A DNA stretch of 64,000 nt from an uncultured Candidatus Saccharibacteria bacterium (GCA_964470105.1 CAYXZI010000004.1:5271-69270), one strand, 5' to 3'. Shown: positions 20,310 to 30,305, numbered from the stretch's first letter. Numbers and translations are program-made. Notes: a model not told the origin generated them from the letters alone.

Positions 20310-21609
20310 ATTTAAGTCTCTTAAGAACCTCTTCCTTGCCTAATATTTCAGATATAGTAAAAGGATCTGGAGACTTATCCTTTCCTGATAGGGCATAGCG
20401 CATAGGCCAGAGTACATTCCCCTTCCCTTTTGATTCAGCTATAGGCCAAATTACATTTTTAACTGAATCCTTTGAAAAATCAGATACATCCTCGAGTAGA
20501 TCAATAATTATTTTTAAATATTCTTTTGTATTTACAAGATCTTTTTCCTGTTTCCATTTTAGTGACTCTATATTGTATTCAGGTAGTGGATTGATGAATG
20601 AAAGCTCTCCAGATAGCACCTCCCCTATTTCTCCTAAATAGCTGATTTTCTCCTTTATTAGAGGGAAAAGTTTGGGCGATGTATTCTTTGGAAGAAAATC
20701 ATTAGCTCGATTAGTAAATTCATCAATACTCATTTTTGATATGTATTGTTTGTTGAACCATTTTAGTTTCTCCTCATTGAAAATTGCCCCAGCCTTCTGT
20801 ATTTTTGAAATATCGAATACTTGGATTAACTCTTCAATACTAAACATTTCTTGATCAGTTCCCGGATTCCATCCAAGCATTGCTAGATAGTTCACTAGAG
20901 CTTCTGGTAGACATCCTTTGTCTCTGTACTCAGTCACACTGACTGCCCCATGCCTTCCTGATAACTTTGACCTATCTGAGGCTAGTATGAGCGGTAAATG
21001 AGCATATAGAGGCTGTGGAGCACCTATAGCTCTTTGTATGAGAATCTGTCTGGGTGTATTTGATATACCATCTTCACCACGGATAATATGCGTAACTCCC
21101 ATTTCAAAATCATCTATAACTACAGCTAGGTGATATAGTGGTTCATTTATATTTCTTGCGATAATAAAATCTTCTAAATCTGTTGTATCTATGGATATTT
21201 CTCCACGAATCAGATCAGTGAAGGTAATTTTAATATTTGGATTTCTAAATCTTACAACTTCATTCTCTTGACCAGCCTTGTCACCTTCCTCTATTTTTTC
21301 TTTTGATAGATAGGCCTTATCCTCAGCAATTAATCTAGCCAAATACTTTTTATATATTTCGTTTCTCTCACTCTGCCTCTCTATCACCTTGTTATCCCAA
21401 GATATACCCAACCAGCTTAGACTGTCCTTCATAATTTCCTCAAATTCAACTTTTGATCTTGCCTTGTCTGTATCTTCAAATCTAAATATGAGCTTACCAC
21501 CATTTTTCTTAGCAAAAATATAGTTAAAAAGAGCTGTTCTTGCACGTCCTATGTGCAGGAAACCAGTAGGGCTTGGTGGAAATCTAGTTATGACGTTACT
21601 TGTATTCAT
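20290..21609 (-). CDS. gltX: Glutamate--tRNA ligase
   Basis: RFPPSPTGFLHIG, HIIRGED and KLSGR (KMSKS equivalent). Confidence 0.95.
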   Translation of the reverse strand: MNTSNVITRFPPSPTGFLHIGRARTALFNYIFAKKNGGKLIFRFEDTDKARSKVEFEEIMKDSLSWLGISWDNKVIERQSERNEIYKKYLARLIAEDKAYLSKEKIEEGDKAGQENEVVRFRNPNIKITFTDLIRGEISIDTTDLEDFIIARNINEPLYHLAVVIDDFEMGVTHIIRGEDGISNTPRQILIQRAIGAPQPLYAHLPLILASDRSKLSGRHGAVSVTEYRDKGCLPEALVNYLAMLGWNPGTDQEMFSIEELIQVFDISKIQKAGAIFNEEKLKWFNKQYISKMSIDEFTNRANDFLPKNTSPKLFPLIKEKISYLGEIGEVLSGELSFINPLPEYNIESLKWKQEKDLVNTKEYLKIIIDLLEDVSDFSKDSVKNVIWPIAESKGKGNVLWPMRYALSGKDKSPDPFTISEILGKEEVLKRLKFAYDKI

Positions 21610-21675
21610 TAGCGGGTATTATAGCAAAAAAGTACCGATTAAGGTACTTTTTGCATAACATATTGCTATATGTAA

Positions 21676-22179
21676 TTAACCCTTTACCTCTGATACTGTT
21701 GAAGTTGCTCGGAATGGCTTCATTATGATATTTCCAGCCTCATCCTTAAGTGGCATATCCTTTGCAGCATCAAATACCTTATTTCCATCTGTGTCTGAGT
21801 ATATAACTGCATAGTACATACCACTATCGACAGTTGATGTCTTTAGAGTAATCTTACCTGGATTGATACCCTTATCAAAATACTGTGAACCGATTATATC
21901 ACCTGGAGTTCCAGCATTATCCTTCTTTACAACAACAAACCCTGGGTTTGCTAACTGAACTGAAGAAAGATATACAACATTTCCTGGGAATTGATCAGTG
22001 ACCACCACTCGATTCAAATCTTTTGAAGTACTTATTGCTGTATTATCGTTATCATTATCCATATCTGTAGTTACTCCATTACCCTTAAACATATAGTATC
22101 CAAGGAGGATAAGCACGATGATAACAATTACTGTTACTACCCACTGCCATGTTCTAATTCCACTTGTTTCTGGTTGCAT
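21676..22179 (-). CDS. Hypothetical membrane-anchored beta-rich protein
   Basis: Single TM helix; V.L..PGFVVV and YAV...D.DGN..FD...D.P. Confidence 0.65.
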   Translation of the reverse strand: MQPETSGIRTWQWVVTVIVIIVLILLGYYMFKGNGVTTDMDNDNDNTAISTSKDLNRVVVTDQFPGNVVYLSSVQLANPGFVVVKKDNAGTPGDIIGSQYFDKGINPGKITLKTSTVDSGMYYAVIYSDTDGNKVFDAAKDMPLKDEAGNIIMKPFRATSTVSEVKG

Positions 22180-22241
22180 AATTTTTATAATTAAATATTA
22201 ATGCTAATAAATATATTGAGACCACTATTATACCATACTAC

Positions 22242-23378
22242 TTATTCATGTTTCAAGCCAATCTCAAGTATAGCTTCAGCGATTTTAGATGCAGCATCCG
22301 TATGACTAAAGCTCTTTGCTCCTTGTTTCATCTTCTCTCTTATATTCTGATTGTTAAGTATTCTATCAATCTCAGAAACTAGTATATGTGAGTTCAGATT
22401 TTCCTCCTCTATAACCGTGCAGGCTCCACTATGAGCATATGCAAATGCATTTTTAACCTGATCATGACTAACCTCCTTTGAAAGAGGTATGATAATTGAT
22501 GGTATTCCCCATGCTGAAATTTCAAATATGGTTGATCCAGCCCTAGAAATAACGAGATCAGATACGCCTGCAGCCATTCTTATAGCTAAATCATTTAAAT
22601 AGTCAAAAGGATGATATCTGTATGATGTAGTTGAATCCTTAAGAACTACACCCGTCGTCTCTTTAACTACTGCCAAATTATTCCTGCCTGTCTGGTGTAA
22701 TATTTGGTATCTCTTAACAAGTTCACTGACACTATCAATCAATACATCGTTAATTATTTGTGAACCCTGTGATCCACCAAGGATGAATATGGTTGGAGTT
22801 TTTTCTTCAAGGTTTAGAAATTCCCTGGCTCCATTTGATAGAGGTAGAACAATTTCTTTTCTAATTGGATTACCTGTATACGCGACCTTCCCTTCCTTCA
22901 CTTGTTTTTCGAAAGAATTAGCTACTTGTGGATATGATATAGCTATTTTCTGCGCAAAGTTGGCTGCCCATTTATTAACTCTACCAGGTGAGCTATCTGA
23001 TTCGTGAATTATAACTGGTATACGCAATATCTTCGCAGCAAGAAGAGCGGGAAAGCTGGTATAGCCACCTTTAGCAAAAATCACATCCGGATATATACTA
23101 TATACTTTGGTTATTGCAACAAATACACCATAGAGTGTTTTAAAAAGATCAGTAAAGTTAAGTATTGAAAAGTATCTCCTAATCTTTCCCGCAGGTACCT
23201 GTATGAACTCTATCTCATTATCAAACAATGCTCTCGCATTATACCTATTGGGTGACATGAAATAATATTTAGGGGGCAATATCTTTTTCTCAGCTACTTT
23301 ATCATTAAGAGCCTGAACAACTGCAATAATTGGATAGAAATGTCCTCCTGTACCTCCACCTGTAAAAAGAATTTTCAT
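22242..23378 (-). CDS. murG: MurG N-acetylglucosaminyl transferase
   Basis: GGGTGGH, TGNPIR, GGSQG, SRAG, Q..NA. Confidence 0.95.
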   Translation of the reverse strand: MKILFTGGGTGGHFYPIIAVVQALNDKVAEKKILPPKYYFMSPNRYNARALFDNEIEFIQVPAGKIRRYFSILNFTDLFKTLYGVFVAITKVYSIYPDVIFAKGGYTSFPALLAAKILRIPVIIHESDSSPGRVNKWAANFAQKIAISYPQVANSFEKQVKEGKVAYTGNPIRKEIVLPLSNGAREFLNLEEKTPTIFILGGSQGSQIINDVLIDSVSELVKRYQILHQTGRNNLAVVKETTGVVLKDSTTSYRYHPFDYLNDLAIRMAAGVSDLVISRAGSTIFEISAWGIPSIIIPLSKEVSHDQVKNAFAYAHSGACTVIEEENLNSHILVSEIDRILNNQNIREKMKQGAKSFSHTDAASKIAEAILEIGLKHE

Positions 23379-24469
23379 GATTGATATTTAGAAATATTTG
23401 CGATAATTCCAGCAGCTGCTAGGGTGATAATTAAAGCCGTTCCACCGTGACTTACGAATAGAAGCGGCATACCTGATAGCGGTATTAAACCGAGCATTGA
23501 TGATATATTCATAAATGACTCGATTAATATAAGTATAGCAATACCTATTGCAACAAGTCCACCGAATGGGTCCTGCACCTTTACCGATATTTTCATTGAT
23601 CTAATGAAAAAAAGAAGGAAAAGTCCAATTAAGACCAGGCTCCCAATAAAACCGAATTCTTCTGCACCAACAGCAAATATTGAGTCTCCGATGGGTTCGG
23701 GTAAATAATTAAATTTTTGTATACTTTGACCAAATCCTCTTCCAATAATTTGTCCTGAACCTATAGCAATAAGTGATTGCTGTATTTGATATCCTGCACC
23801 CTTGGAGTCTACAGCGCCATTTACGAATGTCATTATTCTCTGTTTAACATATGGACGGAAATATACAAGACTAGCTAATAGCACAAGCATAGTAAGGCAG
23901 AGTAGAGCTATATACCTTAACCTGCCTCCAGCAATATATAGCATTATCATTCCTGTTGTCGCTATAACTACAAGAGTATCCGTATCAGATTGTGCAAGGA
24001 GTAATATTCCCAAAATACCTACGATAATTGCATACGGTAGGATTCCAAATTTGAATGTTTGCACTTTCTCCTTTAATCCGGATAGCCATGCAGCAAAATA
24101 TATTATGAAAGCGATCTTTAAGAACTCTGAAGGTTGGAATGTGATGAATCCCAAGTCTATCCATCTCGATGCTCCTCCATGATTTAATGCAAATGCTGGT
24201 ATGAAAAGTAGGAGATTAATAAAAATCGCACCGATTAAAATATAAAATGCGTATTTTCTAAGCTTTTTATAGTGCAGTCTAGACATAACATAGAAAGCAA
24301 TTATTCCTAGGAATAATCCCATGGATTGATTGAGTGCAACAGATTGAAAACTCGCACCATTACGCGCCAAAAGGCCAAGTGAGGCAGAACTAAAGATAAA
24401 AAAGCCAGTTATCGCTAGTAGGCCAACAGACACTAGAAATAGTTTATCAATCTTTAATTTGTTCATCAT
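23375..24469 (-). CDS. ftsW: SEDS peptidoglycan polymerase FtsW
   Basis: GASRW, FQPSEF.K, YQI.QS.IA.GSG, PLLFVSHGG; adjacent to murG. Confidence 0.88.
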   Translation of the reverse strand: MMNKLKIDKLFLVSVGLLAITGFFIFSSASLGLLARNGASFQSVALNQSMGLFLGIIAFYVMSRLHYKKLRKYAFYILIGAIFINLLLFIPAFALNHGGASRWIDLGFITFQPSEFLKIAFIIYFAAWLSGLKEKVQTFKFGILPYAIIVGILGILLLAQSDTDTLVVIATTGMIMLYIAGGRLRYIALLCLTMLVLLASLVYFRPYVKQRIMTFVNGAVDSKGAGYQIQQSLIAIGSGQIIGRGFGQSIQKFNYLPEPIGDSIFAVGAEEFGFIGSLVLIGLFLLFFIRSMKISVKVQDPFGGLVAIGIAILILIESFMNISSMLGLIPLSGMPLLFVSHGGTALIITLAAAGIIANISKYQS

Positions 24470-25001
24470 TTGTCTGTGTTTTAAATATTTCTATATCTCT
24501 TTTTACTGCTTCGAATTCCGGTATATCTTCTATCTTTGAAATTCCTAAATAAGACATTAGTTCGAGTGTTGGTTTATATAAAAAGCTTCTCTGATCTTGT
24601 GGATTATCAACTCTTTCGATTAATCCACGGATGAGTAGATTTCTTAATATAAATTGAGAATTAACTCCACGTATATAGTCTATATCAGCCCTAGATATAG
24701 GACCTTGGTATAGGATTATAGACATAGTTTCAAGTCCAGCTTTTCCCAAGTCTCTTGATAATTCCTCCTTATTTAATTTCTCAATTAATCCAGAGACCTC
24801 CTTTGCAGTACCCAGTGTCACATCATCCTCCCATTCGATTAGAGTGAGCCCTCTACCGTTCAATGATTCTCTTAACTTTTTAATTCCTTCTTTTATTTCA
24901 TTTACATCCTTTTCTAAAATAGATGCTATTTTTTTAATAGAAAGAGTCTCTGCTTTCCAGAATAGTAATGCTTCAATTTGTGATTCAAGACTTATTTTCA
25001 T
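24447..25001 (-). CDS. scpB: SMC-Scp complex subunit ScpB
   Basis: IEALLF and LET..II.Y..P.SRA.ID.IRGVNS. Confidence 0.93.
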   Translation of the reverse strand: MKISLESQIEALLFWKAETLSIKKIASILEKDVNEIKEGIKKLRESLNGRGLTLIEWEDDVTLGTAKEVSGLIEKLNKEELSRDLGKAGLETMSIILYQGPISRADIDYIRGVNSQFILRNLLIRGLIERVDNPQDQRSFLYKPTLELMSYLGISKIEDIPEFEAVKRDIEIFKTQTNDEQIKD

Positions 25002-25004
25002 ATA

Positions 25005-25736
25005 TTAATTATATCTTGGAACTCCAACTTCTTTTGTTTCCATATGGATATCACCGTAGTGATTCTCTTGTGATACGTGTATTATACCCTGCTTTACGAG
25101 CTCAAGCATAGCTAGAAAACTTACAATAACATTTACTTTTTCCTCTTTATGGATACTGGAGAATTCACTAAACTTCATTTTTAAACCAGAAGTAATACGT
25201 TTTGTAAGACTATCTATCATCTCCTCTAGACTTATAACTTTTCTAACTACAGCCTTAGGAATATTCTCTTTCTTTGGTAAAGATTTTATAATATCTTTAA
25301 TTGCTTGTGCTAGAGAGAGTAGATTCACAGATTCATGAGGTGAGAATACTGGTTCTGATGCTCTAGTTTGAGACTGGGGAAATATAATCTCTTTTCCAAA
25401 CATATCTTTTATGTGTAAACTCGCATCTTTTATTCTCTTGTATATCTTTAGTCGAGTCTCTAGATCATGTATTCCCTCCTCTTCCTCTTCAGTAAGGTTC
25501 AGTGATGGTAGAAGTGATTTTGATTTAATCAAAAGGAGAGTAGAAGCGATGAGAATGAACTGGGCAGCATCAGCCATAGGTAAAGACTCAAAACTTTTGA
25601 TATGATCTATGAAATCATCAGTGACCTTAGCTAAAGCAATATCATTTATGAAAAGTTTTCTCTTTTCAACAAGAGTTAGAAGGAGGTCTAATGGACCCTC
25701 GAAGGCTTCTGTTTTTATTTTAAAAGCATCTGGCAT
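25005..25736 (-). CDS. scpA: Segregation/condensation protein ScpA
   Basis: FEGPLDLLL.L, LL.IKS..LLP, FLAMLEL. Confidence 0.93.
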   Translation of the reverse strand: MPDAFKIKTEAFEGPLDLLLTLVEKRKLFINDIALAKVTDDFIDHIKSFESLPMADAAQFILIASTLLLIKSKSLLPSLNLTEEEEEGIHDLETRLKIYKRIKDASLHIKDMFGKEIIFPQSQTRASEPVFSPHESVNLLSLAQAIKDIIKSLPKKENIPKAVVRKVISLEEMIDSLTKRITSGLKMKFSEFSSIHKEEKVNVIVSFLAMLELVKQGIIHVSQENHYGDIHMETKEVGVPRYN

Positions 25737-25799
25737 AGAGATATTATAGCAGGAAATTAATTATCTTGACTTATATATTGATTTTGTTAATATTAAATC

Positions 25800-25852
25800 A
25801 TACTTAAGAAAAAGACCTTGATGGAGCTCGTCTCCATTGAGGGCTTTTTCAT
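25800..25852 (+). ncRNA. Putative ~50-nt hairpin RNA / bidirectional terminator facing the NYN gene
   Basis: Promoter TTGACT(25766)-N16-TAATAT(25788) with TG extension, then GAAAAAGACCTTGATGGAG-ctcgt-CTCCATTGAGGGCTTTTTC. Confidence 0.45.
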
Positions 25853-25853
25853 T

Positions 25854-26351
25854 CTAGACCACTTTCTTTATTTCTAAGTTTGCTCTTTGCGTATCTATAT
25901 AAGTTATAGGTATTGATAACCTTTTAAGTAGGAGAGAGCATCTATTCCTTGGTGATATCACAGAGAGTAGGGATTTAGTTTCATTGAGAAATCTTGCTAC
26001 ACAGGCAAAATCTCCATCACTAGTAACAATTAATGCTTTCCAAAAGCGCCACAGGTGATAATCATCTACGATCTTTAGAACTAATTCGGAATCACAATTG
26101 CCTTTTATATTACCACTTGAATCTCGAGTAGTCTCCTTAAAAATTAGTTTGTAACCAGAATCACTTAAACTTTTGTACAGCCATTCATTTTTTTGATTAT
26201 GTCCGATAAACAAATATGCATGACTTATATCATATTTATCACTAAGCCAAACTCTAAATCTTTTATAATCTAAATTCCAACCAAGATCCTTCATGCCCTG
26301 GTGTAAGTTTGAACCATCAATATACGCACAGTTGTGTAGACTATCGATCAT
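25854..26351 (-). CDS. NYN domain (LabA/DUF88, PIN-like) ribonuclease
   Basis: AYIDGSNL, KGNCDSEL and VTSDGDF carry the acidic catalytic residues. Confidence 0.88.
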   Translation of the reverse strand: MIDSLHNCAYIDGSNLHQGMKDLGWNLDYKRFRVWLSDKYDISHAYLFIGHNQKNEWLYKSLSDSGYKLIFKETTRDSSGNIKGNCDSELVLKIVDDYHLWRFWKALIVTSDGDFACVARFLNETKSLLSVISPRNRCSLLLKRLSIPITYIDTQRANLEIKKVV

Positions 26352-26528
26352 CTACCAATACTATCAAACTAGAACTAGAACAAAATAAGATATTGATAAA
26401 ATCTAAATGAAATTTTTATCAGAATTTTATTTGGTAATAGAGCAGGTAAATACTAGGTGAAATCTGCCTTTATTTCACGTACAAAAAAGTAGAGCATAAA
26501 TTATATAATTGTGAAGTAAAATTAGAAG

Positions 26529-27929
26529 TTATTTCCCCTCCTTTATCTCCAATCCCAACTCTTTCAACTGCTTAGCAGTAACCTTCCCTGGTGCCCCCAT
26601 CATTGGATCTCTTCCCTCTCCAGTCTTAGCGAAAGCGATTACTTCTCGAATATTAGGTTCATTCTCAAGTATCATAATTAGTCTATCCAATCCCCATGCC
26701 ATTCCACCATGTGGAGGTGTTCCGGATCCAAGAGCATTAAGCATGTGTCCAAAGTTTCTCTCTATTCTTTCATCCTCATATCCCATAATTTTAAATACAG
26801 ATTTCAAGGCTTCAGGATTATGATTTCTAATACTTCCACCACCAATCTCATATCCATTTAGAACAAGATCGTACTGAGTTGTAAAAATATTCTCTATATT
26901 CTTCTGCTCCATTAGATCTTTCATTGACTCTGGAGTTGGTGCAGAAAATGGATTATGAGTAAATGTCCAACCCTTTGTTTCTTCATCCTTTTCAAACATT
27001 GGGAAATCTACCACCCAAAGAAAAGCTAATTCATTTGGATTGTTTTTATCCTTTCTTATATCTGGCTTATCACTCTTATATTTCTCCATTGCCTCCTTGT
27101 ATGTCATTACTGGAATTGGAGTTTGTTGTATTTCTTTGTTTGGATATATTGATTTAACAAGATCAAGTACGATCTTTTCGTTTACTTCCATCACATCCTT
27201 TTGTTCAACAAAGCTCATTTCCATATCTAGCTGAGTGAATTCTGGCTGACGATCACCACGTGTGTCTTCATCACGCATACAACGAGCAATCTGGAAATAT
27301 TTCTCGAATCCTGAAGCCATTAGTAATTGCTTGTACTGTTGTGGTGATTGAGGGAGAGAGTAGAAGTGACCTACATCTAGTCTTGAAGGAACGATAAAGT
27401 CACGTGAACCTTCTGGAGTTGTTGCTGATAGTAGTGGAGTTTCAATTTCATTAAATCCTTCCTTAGAAAAAGCATTTCTTATATGAAGAGTTAATTTGCT
27501 TCTATTTAAAATATTTTTTTGTAATCTAGGTCTTCTTAGATCCTGATATCGATATTTCAACCTTACTTCCTCATTAATATCCTTTCCATCTTCATGCAAA
27601 TCAAATGGTGGTGTTGAAGCACTATTCAATACCTCAATACCAAGAATCTCAAGCTCTATATCTCCATTTAACTTATCTTTCTGTACATTCTTCTCTGGAC
27701 GAGCATTTACTTTTCCATGCACTTTAACTACCCATTCAGAGCGTAGAGTAGAACCTACAGCATGAGCTTCCTTTGCATTAGGGAGAATCACACCTTGTAT
27801 CTTTCCCGTTACATCACGGAAATCAAAGAAGATTAGTTTACCTTGATCACGGCGTATATCAACCCAGCCTGATATACTAACTTCTTTTCCTAATTGTGAC
27901 TTTAAATCTTTTATATATGTTCTTTCCAT
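26529..27929 (-). CDS. aspS: Aspartate--tRNA ligase, short form
   Basis: OB fold (GWV..RRD.G), PQSPQ.YKQLLM, RDED.RGDRQPEFTQLD.E, PPHGG..G.DR. Start at MERTY; the upstream extension runs through the T-box terminator. Confidence 0.95.
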   Translation of the reverse strand: MERTYIKDLKSQLGKEVSISGWVDIRRDQGKLIFFDFRDVTGKIQGVILPNAKEAHAVGSTLRSEWVVKVHGKVNARPEKNVQKDKLNGDIELEILGIEVLNSASTPPFDLHEDGKDINEEVRLKYRYQDLRRPRLQKNILNRSKLTLHIRNAFSKEGFNEIETPLLSATTPEGSRDFIVPSRLDVGHFYSLPQSPQQYKQLLMASGFEKYFQIARCMRDEDTRGDRQPEFTQLDMEMSFVEQKDVMEVNEKIVLDLVKSIYPNKEIQQTPIPVMTYKEAMEKYKSDKPDIRKDKNNPNELAFLWVVDFPMFEKDEETKGWTFTHNPFSAPTPESMKDLMEQKNIENIFTTQYDLVLNGYEIGGGSIRNHNPEALKSVFKIMGYEDERIERNFGHMLNALGSGTPPHGGMAWGLDRLIMILENEPNIREVIAFAKTGEGRDPMMGAPGKVTAKQLKELGLEIKEGK

Positions 27930-27944
27930 AAATTTGCTAGTTTT

Positions 27945-28118
27945 CGGAGAATGAAAAAACCCCTCCGAATTCATTAATAATAAATTCGCAGGGGCGATTT
28001 CATCGCGGTGCCACCCTGTTTTTAACTCATTATCTGCTAGCGAGCAGTGCGTGGGATTCTACTTACCTTGCGGCTTTCTTTCCCTATCTCACCGGTGTCA
28101 GCCGGGTCGTAGATGGGT
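27945..28118 (-). promoter_or_regulatory. T-box riboswitch (Asp, GAC specifier) upstream of aspS
   Basis: Minus strand AGGGTGGCACCGCG-atgaaat-CGCCCCT antiterminator, overlapping terminator with U tract, Stem II with AGTA/GAA, short Stem I with loop CTGACA. Confidence 0.85.
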
Positions 28119-28190
28119 AAAGTATGACATTAATAGAAGAAAAAGCAATTGTTGACGACAAATAAGTTTCGTGATATAAAGAAATCTGAT

Positions 28191-28652
28191 ATGAAGACCA
28201 CATACTCTAGAAACGGTCGTCCGCTACCGCGAACAATCAAGGTGTTCAACGAGGATGAGTTCAAGAGACTGGGCGTCGAAGAACTCATTCGTGCCTTGAA
28301 GGCCGATAAGTTCCTTCGCTCGATGGTACAACGGGTTCAGTCTCGGCTCTCTGCTACAAAGCGAGAATATGCCACCTGGATCTTTAAACCCCACTTCCTC
28401 CCTTTTCGTACCGTCGGTACGACTACATATTTGGGTGTGAGAGGAAATGTGTGCGACACAATTCTGACAGCACAACTTTGGATCTACAGACCATCAAAGA
28501 AGGGTGACCCATTCCTTGATGGTAGGGTGACATTTAGTTACCCCCACACCATCTTCCTGTCACATCTCAACGGTGGGTGGAATGTTTCTCTTGGCGATGA
28601 TTCCCCAATGTCTCTCGCTTCGTTGGTCGAGCACATAGAGCAGCTTCGCTAG
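28191..28652 (+). CDS. Orphan cassette protein (~153 aa, basic)
   Basis: TTGACG...TATAAA promoter, GC-richer codons, terminator AGTCCCCGA/TCGGGGACT at 28679-28710. Confidence 0.7.
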   Translation: MKTTYSRNGRPLPRTIKVFNEDEFKRLGVEELIRALKADKFLRSMVQRVQSRLSATKREYATWIFKPHFLPFRTVGTTTYLGVRGNVCDTILTAQLWIYRPSKKGDPFLDGRVTFSYPHTIFLSHLNGGWNVSLGDDSPMSLASLVEHIEQLR

Positions 28653-28708
28653 AAATAGCTGCTCAACCAAACAAAAACAGTCCCCGAAATACTCGGGGAC
28701 TTGTTCTT

Positions 28709-28813
28709 TTATATAACCCCAATCGCTTTCTTAACCTCCAGCATCTTTGCATTTGCAACCTCATTTGCCTTTCGTGATCCTTTTTCTAGTATTTTTCTTA
28801 CTGAATCTAAATC
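28709..28813 (-). repeat. Second copy of the trpS 3' end (matches 29271-29375)
   Basis: 105 bp with 7 mismatches; encodes DLDSVRKILEKGSRKANEVANAKMLEVKKAIGVI*. Confidence 0.9.
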
Positions 28814-29265
28814 TTTTTTAATTTACCAAAAACTCCACAAACTATTTTGGTGCCAACATGTAATCTGACAGTCATAGATCCATTGTTTGATATTTCTAGG
28901 GCAAGTTGATTATCAGTGTTCGGTTCACAGAAAAAAGAGCTTTGAGTTACATTTAATCCCATCTGTGCAATAGTCGGTCTTGTACTTAATATACATGTAA
29001 ATTTATTATTTAAGCTTACTTTTTCCTTAGTATAAAAAATAGCAAATGAACCGGGTTTTAATTCAAATCCATCGTTTCCAATTGTATACTCTTCGAATTC
29101 AGGATCTTCTCGTGAATCTATAAATTCCTTAGCTTTAAGAATTCTGTACTTTGAGCCTAGAGTTAATGTATAACTTGCACCCTTAAGGTAACCTGCATCA
29201 AATGGTTCAATTATGATTTCCTTATTTTTTACTAACTGTTCTATATCCTTACCAGATAAAAACAT
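28807..29265 (-). CDS. dcd: dCTP deaminase / trimeric dUTPase superfamily protein
   Basis: MFLS..DI......I.IEPF, ASY.LTLG, L.PG.F, R.T.A..GL, LEI.N. Ends without the usual C-terminal tail. Confidence 0.75.
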   Translation of the reverse strand: MFLSGKDIEQLVKNKEIIIEPFDAGYLKGASYTLTLGSKYRILKAKEFIDSREDPEFEEYTIGNDGFELKPGSFAIFYTKEKVSLNNKFTCILSTRPTIAQMGLNVTQSSFFCEPNTDNQLALEISNNGSMTVRLHVGTKIVCGVFGKLKKI

Positions 29266-29270
29266 AAAAT

Positions 29271-30221
29271 TTATATAACCCCAATCGCTTTCTTGACCTC
29301 CAGCATCTTTGCATTTGCTACCTCATTTACTTTTCGTGATCCTTTTTCTAATATTTTTCGTACTAAATCTAAATCCTTTGCTAGTTCTGTACGCTTATCA
29401 CGTAATGGTTTGATGAATGCATCTAAATCATCGATTAATGCTTCTTTTAGAATTTTATATTTTCCTTTATTCGCATCATAAAGTGTCTTCAACTCTGCTT
29501 CTGTTCGGAAAAGTTTGTGAATATTGTATACATTAGTTGGTACATCTCCACTTGAATCTGTGACGATACTCATCACCGCCTTTGTAATCTCCTCTCGTGT
29601 AGAGAAAAGCGGAATTGTGTTGTTATAGCTCTTAGACATTTTTTGTCCATCGATTCCCGGAATTATTGCAGAATCTTTAAGAATTACTTCTTCAGGAAGT
29701 TTGAAAGTCTCTCCAAAAGTATTGTTAAACTTTTGAGCTATATCACGTGCGTATTCGATATGCTGTTTCTGGTCCTGTCCTACTGGAACTAGATCTGTGT
29801 TGTAAAGTAGAATATCAGCCGCCATTAATACAGGATAGTTGAATGTTCCAACACTAATCTCCTTGTTCTTAGCTTCTGCATCTTTAAAGGCATGTGCACG
29901 CATCAAGAAAGGCATTGATGTAATAGAATCAAAGATCCAAGTTAGTTCTGTGTGAGCTGGAACATCACTTTGCTTAAAAATATTGGAAATATTTGGATCA
30001 ATACCAATAGCTAAATAGTCCAAAGCTAGGTCTAAAGTATGTTCCCGCATTGTCTTTGCATCTTGGATGCTGTTGAGGGCGTGATAGTCAGCAATCATAA
30101 AAAATTTGTGAGCGTCCTTGTGCTCATTTTGTAGATCTACCATTTGCTTCATAGCACCAAAATAGTTACCGATATGTGGTCGGCCTGTTGGTTTAACTCC
30201 TGAAAGTAATATTTTTGACAT
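29271..30221 (-). CDS. trpS: Tryptophan--tRNA ligase
   Basis: SGVKPTG.PHIGNY, YPVLMAADIL, VPVG.DQ.QH.E, KMSKS. Start at MSKILL. Confidence 0.97.
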   Translation of the reverse strand: MSKILLSGVKPTGRPHIGNYFGAMKQMVDLQNEHKDAHKFFMIADYHALNSIQDAKTMREHTLDLALDYLAIGIDPNISNIFKQSDVPAHTELTWIFDSITSMPFLMRAHAFKDAEAKNKEISVGTFNYPVLMAADILLYNTDLVPVGQDQKQHIEYARDIAQKFNNTFGETFKLPEEVILKDSAIIPGIDGQKMSKSYNNTIPLFSTREEITKAVMSIVTDSSGDVPTNVYNIHKLFRTEAELKTLYDANKGKYKILKEALIDDLDAFIKPLRDKRTELAKDLDLVRKILEKGSRKVNEVANAKMLEVKKAIGVI

Positions 30222-30305
30222 GGATATATAATAGCAAATATGGCCTAAAATGGCGAAAATATTGTATATTGACAGTATTAGATAAATATAGTATACTAAA
30301 AAAGT

